IMG/VR virus record: IMGVR_UViG_3300032046_000047
Coordinates: 1-47,223 of that record
Length of the DNA: 47,223 bases
From: a virus
Lineage: Duplodnaviria; Caudoviricetes
Strand: one strand, 5' to 3'
Part shown: positions 8,905 through 17,706 of the stretch, piece after piece
How positions within the stretch are numbered: position 1 is the first letter of the stretch
Layout: every line of letters starts with the position of its first letter
Notes under the pieces: model-generated
What the model was told of the DNA's origin: nothing
What the model saw: the letters and a program-made list of their open reading frames with translations, nothing else
The model's database searches: none
Program-made: the position numbers and the translations under genes

Positions 8905-9678
8905 TTGCTCGCCGCCCGCCCGTTCCAAGCCGCGGCCGCGGCCCGCCCCGCCCGCCGTCCGTGGGGCAAGCTCCAAGTGGAGCACGTCGAGGACAAGCTC
9001 GGGGACCTCTACGAGCGCCACGCTCGCCGATGGCTCAAGAGGTTCAAGACGAGGGTCCGGCGCAAGTACGAGGTCAAGGCGGCCAACGATTTCTACGATG
9101 ACGAGTTCGGCGGGGACCTTGAGACCGAGGACGAGTACGCCGAGCTTGAGGAACAGATACGGCAAGCCCTCCAAATCTCCCTCAGGCTCGCCGAGAACAG
9201 GGGCAAGGCCGAGGGCCACTACAAGACCACCGCCGTCCAAAACCGGCTCGACACGGGCGTCGAGGCCCAACTCGCCTACCTCAAGGGAGCCAAGGACGAC
9301 ATGAGGCGAGGGTTCGCCACGACCGTCAACGACATCATCGACGAGGAGGGCCCGAACCTCAACCGGATGATGGTGGAGCTTGAACAGGACTACCCCATCA
9401 CGGTGGCGAGAGCGCGGACCATCGCCGTGACCGAGACCGAAAAGGTCTACGGGTGGGCCTACGCGGACATCCTTGAGGAGAACGGATGGAACTTTTGCAC
9501 CTGGCGGGCGAGCCCGGACGAAAAGGTGTGCATCCGGCCCGTGGCTCCTTGGGGCCTGTCATGCTCGGACCTTGATGGCGAGGTCATGACCCTTGCTCGA
9601 TGGCGGGAGCTATTCCCGCTCCATCCGAATTGCCAGTGTTGGAACGAGGGGTACAAGGGCGATTGGACGGGATATTAA
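8905..9678 (+). CDS. Head morphogenesis protein, SPP1 gp7 / Mu gpF family
   Basis: ARARTIAVTET, W...DEKVC..C..LDG, PLHPNCQC; TTG start after GAGGAG. Confidence 0.85.
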   Translation: MLAARPFQAAAAARPARRPWGKLQVEHVEDKLGDLYERHARRWLKRFKTRVRRKYEVKAANDFYDDEFGGDLETEDEYAELEEQIRQALQISLRLAENRGKAEGHYKTTAVQNRLDTGVEAQLAYLKGAKDDMRRGFATTVNDIIDEEGPNLNRMMVELEQDYPITVARARTIAVTETEKVYGWAYADILEENGWNFCTWRASPDEKVCIRPVAPWGLSCSDLDGEVMTLARWRELFPLHPNCQCWNEGYKGDWTGY

Positions 9679-9794
9679 GCGCCAAGCCCCCGTCCCGGCC
9701 CGTGGCGGAGCGAACGCCCGCAAGGCCGCACATACAGACCTTGACCCCCAAGCTCTCCGAGGGCCTCAAATGGCGGCCCCCGCGCGACAAGGCG

Positions 9795-9827
9795 TGACAG
9801 GGGCATCGTGTGGACATTCCTGACGTT
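9795..9827 (+). promoter_or_regulatory. 33-bp element, copy 1 (putative late promoter)
   Basis: Identical to 45359-45391; runs into TTTAA, with ATG at 9843. Confidence 0.7.
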
Positions 9828-9842
9828 TAACAACTTTTGACA

Positions 9843-10943
9843 ATGGCCGAACGAGCCCTCGATGATGTTGCTCTCGAATGGCGAGCGTCGATTCAGGTCC
9901 CCAAGGACGCTCTCGTACCGTCCGAGGCTCTCAAGCGCCTTTTCCCCGGTCTCGTGTCCGCTAAGATACGGGTCCGCCTGATGGACAAGACCGTCAACGC
10001 CAACAAGTGGTCTGTCGATGATGCGGGCCTTGCCGAGGTCGTCTCTCAGGTCAACAAAGAGGGCCTCCAACTGCGCCTCGACCACTCCACGGACCTCTCC
10101 AAGGTCGTGGGGCGGCTCTACAAGGCCGAGCGCCTCGGGGACGAGGTGTGGGCCGATGGGCTCGTCCAATCCGCCAACCCGGATGTCATGGTCCCCATCC
10201 TGTCCGGGTTCGCCGATGGGGTGAGCGTCAAGGGAGACGCCAAATCCGTGACCTGTCGTGAGTGTGGCAAGGCCAAGTGTTCCCATGTGGCCGCCGCCGT
10301 GCTCATCAAGGGTCTCAGGTTCAAGGAGGCGTCCATCGTGACCGAGCCCGCCTACGCCAACTCCAAGCTCACGGTCATGGATTTCGCCGCCTCAGTAGAC
10401 AAGTTCATCGAGGATGTGAACAGGATGTCCGACAACCCGCCCGCCGCCGCCCCCGCCGCCCCCGCTCCCGTGACCGTAACCGCCGCCGCGGCTCCCGCCC
10501 CGGCCCCGGCTCCCGCTCCCGCTCCCACCCTCCCCGAGTTCAAGACCGCCGAGGAGTTCGCCGCCGCGTTCAAGGACGCGCCGTTCCTCAAGGACTACAC
10601 GCTCGTCAAGACCTCGGACCTCAATCGGTTCGGGTTCACCGCCGAGGAGGAGGCCCCCGCTTGCGAGGCTTGCGGCGGACCCCTCGCCGAGGACGGCTCG
10701 TGCCCCAAGTGCGCCGCCGCCTCGGAGGAGGAGCAAGCTCCCCCACCGCCCCCGCCCAAGCCCAAGGCCAAGGGTGGGGCCAAGAGTGCGGGCGTCAAGG
10801 CCACCGGCAAGTTCGCGGGGCGCGCCGAGTCCCCCTCGAACATCGACCGGGCGGCGGGACGAGAGGCCACGGCCTCCGAGAACGGCAACCCGTTCGAGGA
10901 GTTCATGGCCAAGGCTCGGCAAGGCATGGGCTTTCAGGGATAA
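9843..10943 (+). CDS. Prohead protease-scaffold fusion
   Basis: LRLDHS (His), GVSV (Ser), CxxC..C.H insert, EASIVTEPA; Ala/Pro-rich scaffold-like tail with a second Zn ribbon. Confidence 0.85.
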   Translation: MAERALDDVALEWRASIQVPKDALVPSEALKRLFPGLVSAKIRVRLMDKTVNANKWSVDDAGLAEVVSQVNKEGLQLRLDHSTDLSKVVGRLYKAERLGDEVWADGLVQSANPDVMVPILSGFADGVSVKGDAKSVTCRECGKAKCSHVAAAVLIKGLRFKEASIVTEPAYANSKLTVMDFAASVDKFIEDVNRMSDNPPAAAPAAPAPVTVTAAAAPAPAPAPAPAPTLPEFKTAEEFAAAFKDAPFLKDYTLVKTSDLNRFGFTAEEEAPACEACGGPLAEDGSCPKCAAASEEEQAPPPPPPKPKAKGGAKSAGVKATGKFAGRAESPSNIDRAAGREATASENGNPFEEFMAKARQGMGFQG

Positions 10944-10989
10944 GCCCAAGAACAAGCTCAGGAAAAACAATCTCAGGGAGATGACATAG

Positions 10990-11760
10990 ATGACGACAAC
11001 CTATACGGGACGGGTCTTGACAGGGTCCAAGCGCGAAAGCACGTCAACGCAAGTTGACATCGACGGGCACTCCCGTCCGCTCTCCTTTTTCATGGCGGAC
11101 ATCGACCCCTCCTCGGCCAACATCACCGCTCTCTTGGGCGGACAGGCCATGGCCCAATACGCGGCGGACGGGACCAACTTCAAGTCGGGGTACATCTACC
11201 CGACAACCTACGAGGACCCCCAATTCGTGGGGTTCGCCCAAAAGGCCATGACCCTGAGGGGCTCGGACACGACCCTCCTCGGGTACGATGTCTCGGTCAT
11301 CTCCCACGGGTTCGTGGGGAACGTCCAAGCGGACGGCGTCATCACCATCGGCTCCCAAGTGTGCGCCTCGGGCAAGGCGGTCCTCAACGGGTCCAACGAC
11401 ACCGTCAACGGCTCGGTCAAGGTCGTGCCCCCCCTCATCATCGAGAGCCGGACCATCACCGCGGGCGAGGTCACGGCCAACGCCGTCGTCCTCAAGTTCA
11501 AGCCCACGGGCATCATCGCCGTGCGCGAGGTGTCCGCCACGGCGGCGGCCAAGACCCTCGTCCCCAACGCCAAGACGCTCGCCGCCAACGAGTGCAAGCT
11601 CTCGGCGGACGGCATCACCCTCAATTTCTACGCGGGTGAGTTGACGGCGGCGGATGTCTACGCCATTGACTACTACCCGGACCCTCGAATAATCGTGGGC
11701 AAGGCCATGTCCCACGGGCTCGACAATGGAAAACTTGACCTTTTGGTCAAGGAGGTGTAA
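10990..11760 (+). CDS. Putative capsid decoration protein
   Basis: Between protease and MCP; beta-rich with FVGFA ... IVGKAM motifs. Confidence 0.6.
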   Translation: MTTTYTGRVLTGSKRESTSTQVDIDGHSRPLSFFMADIDPSSANITALLGGQAMAQYAADGTNFKSGYIYPTTYEDPQFVGFAQKAMTLRGSDTTLLGYDVSVISHGFVGNVQADGVITIGSQVCASGKAVLNGSNDTVNGSVKVVPPLIIESRTITAGEVTANAVVLKFKPTGIIAVREVSATAAAKTLVPNAKTLAANECKLSADGITLNFYAGELTAADVYAIDYYPDPRIIVGKAMSHGLDNGKLDLLVKEV

Positions 11761-11762
11761 TC

Positions 11763-12761
11763 ATGCCGTTCGGCATCTCGGATTTAAGCGCGGTGTACAC
11801 TGCGGGAGGTCTGTACCCCGTGCTCGACAAGGCGATAATCCAAATCGCCATGACCCCGCAAGTCATCCGCAAGGCGTTCCAGAATTGGAGCCTTGTCGGC
11901 GTCAAGTCGAACTCCATCAGCATCCCCAAACAATCCGGGGACCGGCGCAAGGTCGTGGCGAGAGTGGCCGAGGGCGGCCTCATCTCGATGGACTTCACGC
12001 CGTACAATTTCCAAGTGGCCACCCCGTACAAGGTGGCCGAGGCTCTCGGCATCACCAAGGAGACCATCGAGGACTCGATGCTCCCGGTGCTCCAAGACCA
12101 AGTGACGCGCAAGGCGCTCGTCGTGGGCAACACCATCGACGTGGACGGCGTCCTCTCCCTCCTCGCCAACAAGACCGCCGTCAACGCCACCGGCAAGACC
12201 CGCGAGAGCACGGGCACACTCGTCACGACCAACCCCACATCGACCATGGGCACGTTCGACCTCGTGAACGGCCAAGCCCTCCTCAAGCAATACAACTTCT
12301 TGGGGAACGCCATGTTCGTGAACCCCAACGTCGAGGCATACATCCGGGTCCTCCCGTACTTCATCGCCTCGAACTTCTACGGGGGACCGCCGCAACTCGT
12401 GGAGGGCAAGCTCGCGGGAGCGGGCGGACCCGAGGCCATCGGGCGCATCATGGGCCTCGATGTCTACGTGTCCAACAACATCGTGGACAACCCGCTCGGT
12501 GTCGGGACCATCCTCAACAGGGCCATCATTGCCTCCCTCGGCGGACAAACCTTCATGGGGCAATACGCGCCCCTCGGGTTCTTCGTCGAAAAGAGGCCGG
12601 TCCAGACAACCAACGAGCAAATCCTCAACCGCGAGGTCGAGGCCACCTACATCTCGACAAGGTATTGCTACATGGTCACGCAACCCCTCGCCTACATGGT
12701 GTTCGACAACCTCGGGACATTCGTAGAGGGCACGGCTCCCCTGAGCTACACCACGAGCTAA
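11763..12761 (+). CDS. Major capsid protein (HK97 fold)
   Basis: 332 aa; strong RBS AAGGAGGT; VAEGG, ITKETIEDS, GRIMGLDVYVSN; followed by a hairpin. Confidence 0.88.
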   Translation: MPFGISDLSAVYTAGGLYPVLDKAIIQIAMTPQVIRKAFQNWSLVGVKSNSISIPKQSGDRRKVVARVAEGGLISMDFTPYNFQVATPYKVAEALGITKETIEDSMLPVLQDQVTRKALVVGNTIDVDGVLSLLANKTAVNATGKTRESTGTLVTTNPTSTMGTFDLVNGQALLKQYNFLGNAMFVNPNVEAYIRVLPYFIASNFYGGPPQLVEGKLAGAGGPEAIGRIMGLDVYVSNNIVDNPLGVGTILNRAIIASLGGQTFMGQYAPLGFFVEKRPVQTTNEQILNREVEATYISTRYCYMVTQPLAYMVFDNLGTFVEGTAPLSYTTS

Positions 12762-12784
12762 TCGAGTTCGCTCCTTTCCCCCCT

Positions 12785-12812
12785 GAGCCCCCCGCCTTTC
12801 ATTGGGGGGCTC
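12785..12812 (+). terminator. GC hairpin after MCP
   Basis: GAGCCCCCC ... GGGGGGCTC stem. Confidence 0.5.
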
Positions 12813-12822
12813 GATTACGGTC

Positions 12823-13323
12823 ATGGCGTACATAACGGTGAGTGAATCCACCCTCGCCGCCCGTCTCGGCGCAAGCCTGACCGGCGGGACCTACTCACTT
12901 TTGGGGCTCACCATGCCCCAACTACAATTCGCGTCCCTCCTCAACGGGGCCGTCATCGAGGCCCGCAATGTATTTTCGGACACGGGAGGGTTCAGCGACC
13001 CGGACCTCGTCAACTACAACGAGGCCGCCTTGAACTTGGCCGCCTACCGCACCATCAACGGGCTTGTAGGGCGGCTCATGACCTACGGCATTTCGTACTC
13101 GGTAGCGGGCCTTAATGTGAACAAGGGCCAACTCCAAGCCTACCTCAAGGAACAGGCCGCCACCTACTACGAGGCTTACACGCAATTCGTCCGCAACCTC
13201 CAAATCATGGGCACGATAAGCAACGCCCCCACTCTTGTGTTCGACACGGATGCCCCGAGCGTCTCCTCGGGGGCCGGGTGGACCTCAAGGGACAACGACG
13301 AGATACTCGGGGGCGGAACATGA
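12823..13323 (+). CDS. Putative head-tail connector/adaptor
   Basis: MAYIT start, position after MCP, helical with a beta-hairpin (SYSVAGLNV). Confidence 0.6.
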   Translation: MAYITVSESTLAARLGASLTGGTYSLLGLTMPQLQFASLLNGAVIEARNVFSDTGGFSDPDLVNYNEAALNLAAYRTINGLVGRLMTYGISYSVAGLNVNKGQLQAYLKEQAATYYEAYTQFVRNLQIMGTISNAPTLVFDTDAPSVSSGAGWTSRDNDEILGGGT

Positions 13324-13341
13324 GAGGAGGGATGATGGGTC

Positions 13342-13737
13342 ATGGGATTCCGAACCGGGCTTGATTGCACCAACGAGAGCCTCTACTTTACTCTCCAAGG
13401 CAAGAGCATCATCAAGTTCGACCGGGAGGCCGCCCAACGGTTCCACGACCGCCTCAAGCGATGGGCGGACGGCTACGGGCTCACGGACGGGCTCATCGTG
13501 GGTCTCCAAGGGTCCACCAAGTTCGTCTCGACCGACAAGTTCCTCACGGTCCTCTACAACAACATTCCGATTCTCAGGCTCGACCGGGACCAATGCTCCC
13601 GGTTCTGCGCTCGAATACAAGCGTGGATAGACGAGCCCAAAATGAGACCGATAGACAAGATAATCAAGGAAATACGAGCACAAGAGAGGGAGATGATTAA
13701 GAATGGCATCAACATGGACGTTGCTAATTCAGGGTAA
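13342..13737 (+). CDS. Hypothetical protein with internal duplication
   Basis: IKFDREAAQRFHDRLKRWAD vs LRLDRDQCSRFCARIQAWID. Confidence 0.65.
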   Translation: MGFRTGLDCTNESLYFTLQGKSIIKFDREAAQRFHDRLKRWADGYGLTDGLIVGLQGSTKFVSTDKFLTVLYNNIPILRLDRDQCSRFCARIQAWIDEPKMRPIDKIIKEIRAQEREMIKNGINMDVANSG

Positions 13738-14227
13738 GACTTTTGCCGCGACCACCGTCATGCTCGGCATACTCAATTCGGGCTCGAATGTCGAGCGTGT
13801 CCGCCGTGTCGGCATGATAAACTATCAAACCGCCGCCGTGACGGGCGTGATATGTGCCCTCGAACTGAGGCGTTATCCGGCCACGATGACATGGACCACG
13901 CCCACCTCGGTCTCGCCGGTCAAGCACGACACCAACAACTCGGCGCTCTCCTCGGTCACGACCGGACACGCCGGAACTCCCGGCGGCTCGACCCCGGACG
14001 TGCTCAGGCGGTTCATTTGGTCGAGCGATGAGGCATCCGCCTCGACCGCCACCTCGGACGAATGGGAGTGCCTCGTGCCCCTCAACATCCTATGGGATGC
14101 CGGGTATGGGGACGCGAGCGTCCAAGCTCTCGCCCTCCGTCAGAACGAGGGCATGGTGCTCTACAACAACTCGGGCGCGGCGGGCATCGTGGACGCGTGG
14201 ATGGAGTTCACGGACGAGGCGAGCTAA
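13703..14227 (+). CDS. Virion beta-sandwich protein, single-domain paralog of 14448-15605
   Basis: ILNSGS..RVRRV ... LRQNEGM. Confidence 0.65.
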   Translation: MASTWTLLIQGKTFAATTVMLGILNSGSNVERVRRVGMINYQTAAVTGVICALELRRYPATMTWTTPTSVSPVKHDTNNSALSSVTTGHAGTPGGSTPDVLRRFIWSSDEASASTATSDEWECLVPLNILWDAGYGDASVQALALRQNEGMVLYNNSGAAGIVDAWMEFTDEAS

Positions 14228-14239
14228 GGAGGCTTGGCG

Positions 14240-14455
14240 ATGACGTTCGTCAAGTGCCCCAAGTGCTCGACAATGACCGCCGTGGCGGACCCCGTCACGG
14301 ACGGTCAGGCGTTCACCTGTCCCAAATGCGGGGCCATGACCAAGGCTCACACATACAGGACCTACGACACCAAGCTCGGACCCGCAAGGGCCGAGCCCGC
14401 CACCGGCCTCCCCAAGGTCGAGGCCGTGGCCGAACCGAGTGAGGGCGATGGTTGA
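14240..14455 (+). CDS. Small Zn-ribbon protein
   Basis: CPKC..CPKC; RBS AAGGAGG. Confidence 0.7.
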   Translation: MTFVKCPKCSTMTAVADPVTDGQAFTCPKCGAMTKAHTYRTYDTKLGPARAEPATGLPKVEAVAEPSEGDG

Positions 14456-15605
14456 GGACACCTATCATGTCCGGGCAACATTCCTCGATACGGAACCGCT
14501 CCCGTCCGTCGAGGCGAGCATCGCCGCCGCTCCCGCCGTCGAGGGCGCGTACCTCAGACACGCCCCTTTTCTCCTGATATACAACGAGGTGGGCTCGGGC
14601 AAGCTCGTCAAGATTAGGCGCGTGGCGCTCAGGACCTTGAGTGGTCAGGGCCAAACGACGCTCCTCCCCACGAACCTCCAACTGAGCCGCATCTCGGCCA
14701 TCACCGTGGACGGTGACACCATCGTCCCGGACAAGATGAACACAAGCATCGGGGACCTACCATCTCAGGTCAAGATTCAGCAATACGCCAACACGACCGA
14801 GACCGCCGGAACCGAGCTACGCCGCCTCCTCAATCTGCCCGAGCAGAACATGGTTCGGGCCTTGAGCCTAATGTGTGTCCCCAAGTTCAAGACCGCGGAA
14901 TGGACCTGTGGGGATTACGCTTGCCAAGGGGTCTCGGGCCACATCCTGAGGGAGGGCGAGGGCATAACCATAAGGAACACCACCGTCCCGTTCTCGATGG
15001 CGTGGCGCGTGTTCTGCCTGTTCACGACCTCGGCGGGGACCTATGTCGTCTCCGAAATCATGAGGTCCGTGGACGACCAACGCAACTTGTTCACCATCTT
15101 TAACGGGTCCGGGTCCGGTGTGGTCATCAATGTTCGACAACTGATTGTAATGGAGGCCGGGACCGATGATGTCCCCGCCGTGGCCATGTACCGGGTCGAG
15201 AGCTACTCCAAGGGCGATGATGTCTCGGCCATGGCCATGGACACCTCCAAGAGCCTCTATCCATTCGTCAAGGTCAAGACCAAGCCCGAGGCGGTCCTTT
15301 ATGGCGCGAGCTACGGGGCCATCATCGTCAATCCCAAGTACCGGCGGGTCCAACTGAACACATGGGGGACGAGCCCCGGCCTCGCGGGCGTGGACATGAA
15401 ATCCCAACTCGACAACGCCCTCATCATCGACAACATCGGCTCGGTCTCGGCGGAACCTATAACACTGAGGGCGGGCGAGGGCATCGCCCTTATTCAGGCG
15501 GAGAACGCAAGCGGTCTTGGCCTTTGGGCCGCCTCGGTCACGTTCTCCCTGTCCGATTTGCCCGCCGATTTGTATAGCCTCGGGAGAGTGGTCTCAAATG
15601 CGTAA
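14448..15605 (+). CDS. Virion protein with two tandem beta-sandwich repeats
   Basis: YNEVGSG...LREGEGI and FNGSGSG...LRAGEGI. Confidence 0.65.
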   Translation: MVEDTYHVRATFLDTEPLPSVEASIAAAPAVEGAYLRHAPFLLIYNEVGSGKLVKIRRVALRTLSGQGQTTLLPTNLQLSRISAITVDGDTIVPDKMNTSIGDLPSQVKIQQYANTTETAGTELRRLLNLPEQNMVRALSLMCVPKFKTAEWTCGDYACQGVSGHILREGEGITIRNTTVPFSMAWRVFCLFTTSAGTYVVSEIMRSVDDQRNLFTIFNGSGSGVVINVRQLIVMEAGTDDVPAVAMYRVESYSKGDDVSAMAMDTSKSLYPFVKVKTKPEAVLYGASYGAIIVNPKYRRVQLNTWGTSPGLAGVDMKSQLDNALIIDNIGSVSAEPITLRAGEGIALIQAENASGLGLWAASVTFSLSDLPADLYSLGRVVSNA

Positions 15606-16386
15606 GGTCAAGCAATCAACGACCAAGAACATCCTCGTTTGGATGACCGATAGCTCGAACCGGGCCGTGTTCAAGTCCGGGCTCACGCTCGTCATCACCG
15701 CCTCCAAGGACGGCGCGGCGTTCGCCGCCATCACGCCCGCGGTCACGGACCGGGGCAACGGGTCCTATAACCTCGCGCTCACGGCATCTCACACGGACAC
15801 GCTCGGGGACCTATGGCTCTACATCACGGCAACTGGCGCGGACCCCAATGCGGTCCCGTTGGAGGTCGTGGCCTACAACCCGCTCGCCGTGGCGGACCTC
15901 GGGCTCTCTTATCTGAATGTTGCCGTGGGCTCACGGGCGGCCCCCGGTGACGCGATGACACTGACCGGGGCCTACGATGCGGCCAAGACCGCCGCGCCCG
16001 AGAGCGGGGGCAACGTGGCCGCTATCAAGGCCAAGACGGACATCATCGGGGCCTCGGTGGCCTTGGAGACGGGCGGGAACTTGGCGGGCGTCAAGACCAA
16101 GACGGACCTCATCGGCGCGAGCGTGGCCCTTGAGACCGGCGGGAACCTCGCATCCGTCAAGGCCAAGACCGACAACCTCCCGGCCTCCCCCGCGGACGAG
16201 GCCGCGGTCGATGAGGTCCGGCGTCTCCTCAAGAACAAGCTCACCATCAACAAGACGACCTCGGTCCTCGAATTGTGGAACGATGCCGGGGACACTATCC
16301 TCATGACGTGGCCCCTGACCGACAAGGATGGCAACACCATCGTCCTGACCGGGACCGGACCCGCCAATAGGGGTGTGCCCTCCTAA
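15598..16386 (+). CDS. Putative fibre protein with 22-aa repeats; N-terminus paralogous to 18788-19303
   Basis: Three GGNxAxxKxKTD units, the first two continuing IGASVALET; SKDG..F ... TLGDL..YITATGAD. Confidence 0.7.
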   Translation: MRKVKQSTTKNILVWMTDSSNRAVFKSGLTLVITASKDGAAFAAITPAVTDRGNGSYNLALTASHTDTLGDLWLYITATGADPNAVPLEVVAYNPLAVADLGLSYLNVAVGSRAAPGDAMTLTGAYDAAKTAAPESGGNVAAIKAKTDIIGASVALETGGNLAGVKTKTDLIGASVALETGGNLASVKAKTDNLPASPADEAAVDEVRRLLKNKLTINKTTSVLELWNDAGDTILMTWPLTDKDGNTIVLTGTGPANRGVPS

Positions 16387-17132
16387 TGCTCCCAACGCAA
16401 GGATTCGGGGCCGGTGGAGCAATCGTCACTTATGGCTACGGTGGAGGAGGAGCCGGTGTAGTTGACTTTTTCGAGACCATGGAGCGGGACATCGCTCTCA
16501 ACGACGAGGTTGACCGTTCCATGGCCTCGGGCATCGTCCGAACCGAGTTCAAGTCGGACCAAAAGAACCTCTACTCCTCATGGCCTGACACATTCACCAT
16601 CAAGAGGAACGGGAACGGCGGGAACATCATCCAAAATTTCATCGCTCGGAGGAACGGCTACATCTCCAAGGTCCGCATACCAATGTATAGGACCACGGTC
16701 GTCGATTTCAAAATACAAGTGATTGCGGTGGACCCGCTCACACATCTCGTCAAGTTCCCAAGAGATATGCCGGGCGATTTCTATTTCCTTCACCAAGGGC
16801 TCAATGCGGACCTCCAAATGGGTCCGCCCGCCGCGTGGGCGGAGTTCCTTGCAGACATCTATTTCGAGATGCTCCCGGTCGTGGCGGGCGTTGAATATGG
16901 ACTGTGGCTCCAATCCGCCACGCTCTCCAATCGTCAATACCTCGGGTACGATGCCACCAACCAAGCCTACACACCGGGCAAAGCCTATGAGATAGACCGG
17001 CTCGGGTGGCCACAATATCAAGTCGAAAAGGCTTGGGACATCCCATTCGAGATATTCGTGGATGAGACCGTCCACCTGACCGAAAAGGACATCGCGTTCA
17101 ACGACCAAGTGTCGAGGAGCTTAGAACTATGA
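16386..17132 (+). CDS. Virion-associated protein with central beta-sandwich
   Basis: Gly-rich N-terminus; duplicated DIAxNDxVxRS flanks. Confidence 0.6.
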   Translation: MLPTQGFGAGGAIVTYGYGGGGAGVVDFFETMERDIALNDEVDRSMASGIVRTEFKSDQKNLYSSWPDTFTIKRNGNGGNIIQNFIARRNGYISKVRIPMYRTTVVDFKIQVIAVDPLTHLVKFPRDMPGDFYFLHQGLNADLQMGPPAAWAEFLADIYFEMLPVVAGVEYGLWLQSATLSNRQYLGYDATNQAYTPGKAYEIDRLGWPQYQVEKAWDIPFEIFVDETVHLTEKDIAFNDQVSRSLEL

Positions 17133-17461
17133 CGACCACCGTAGACGGACCTCAAGTGGGGACCTTGAATTGGAAATTGCTTTCGACCGTCTACCGGAAC
17201 GGCGTGGTGGTGAACATCTCGACGGCCACCGTCAAGCGTATCACCGCCTCGCGCCCGGACGGGACTGAGGCGTGGACCAAGGACGCCGAGTTCGAGACCG
17301 ATGGGACGGACGGCAAAATCTACATCCTGACCACAAGCGAATCGGACTTGGACACCCACGGGACATGGCGCTATCAAGCCTACATCGAGATGGGCGGCTA
17401 CAAGGGCAAGACGCTCCCCGAGACATTCGAGGTCTACGAGAACTTGGAGGACGCGGATTGA
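17129..17461 (+). CDS. BppU-N-like Ig-fold virion protein
   Basis: RPDGT..W, DGTDGKIY, DLDTHGTWRYQAYI. Confidence 0.6.
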   Translation: MTTTVDGPQVGTLNWKLLSTVYRNGVVVNISTATVKRITASRPDGTEAWTKDAEFETDGTDGKIYILTTSESDLDTHGTWRYQAYIEMGGYKGKTLPETFEVYENLEDAD

Positions 17462-17706
17462 CGACGACCAAGGTCAAGCACGAGTGGGCCAAGTGGCAAG
17501 ACGATTACTACAAGCTCCCGCTCCCCGAGTTCGTGGCGGCGCTCAGGGCGCGCACGGGCGAGGCTCCCCTCGACACCTACGAGGTGTCCGCCAAGACCGT
17601 GACCGGGGGCCTCGTCATCACCATCACCGCGGTCGAGTACGACAAGAACGGCAAGGACATCAGGCCCAAGGACGCCAAGGAGTACACCGTCTTGGAGACA
17701 GACTGA
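17458..17706 (+). CDS. Hypothetical protein
   Basis: TTGA overlap with GGAGG RBS; TGATG coupling downstream. Confidence 0.55.
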   Translation: MTTTKVKHEWAKWQDDYYKLPLPEFVAALRARTGEAPLDTYEVSAKTVTGGLVITITAVEYDKNGKDIRPKDAKEYTVLETD

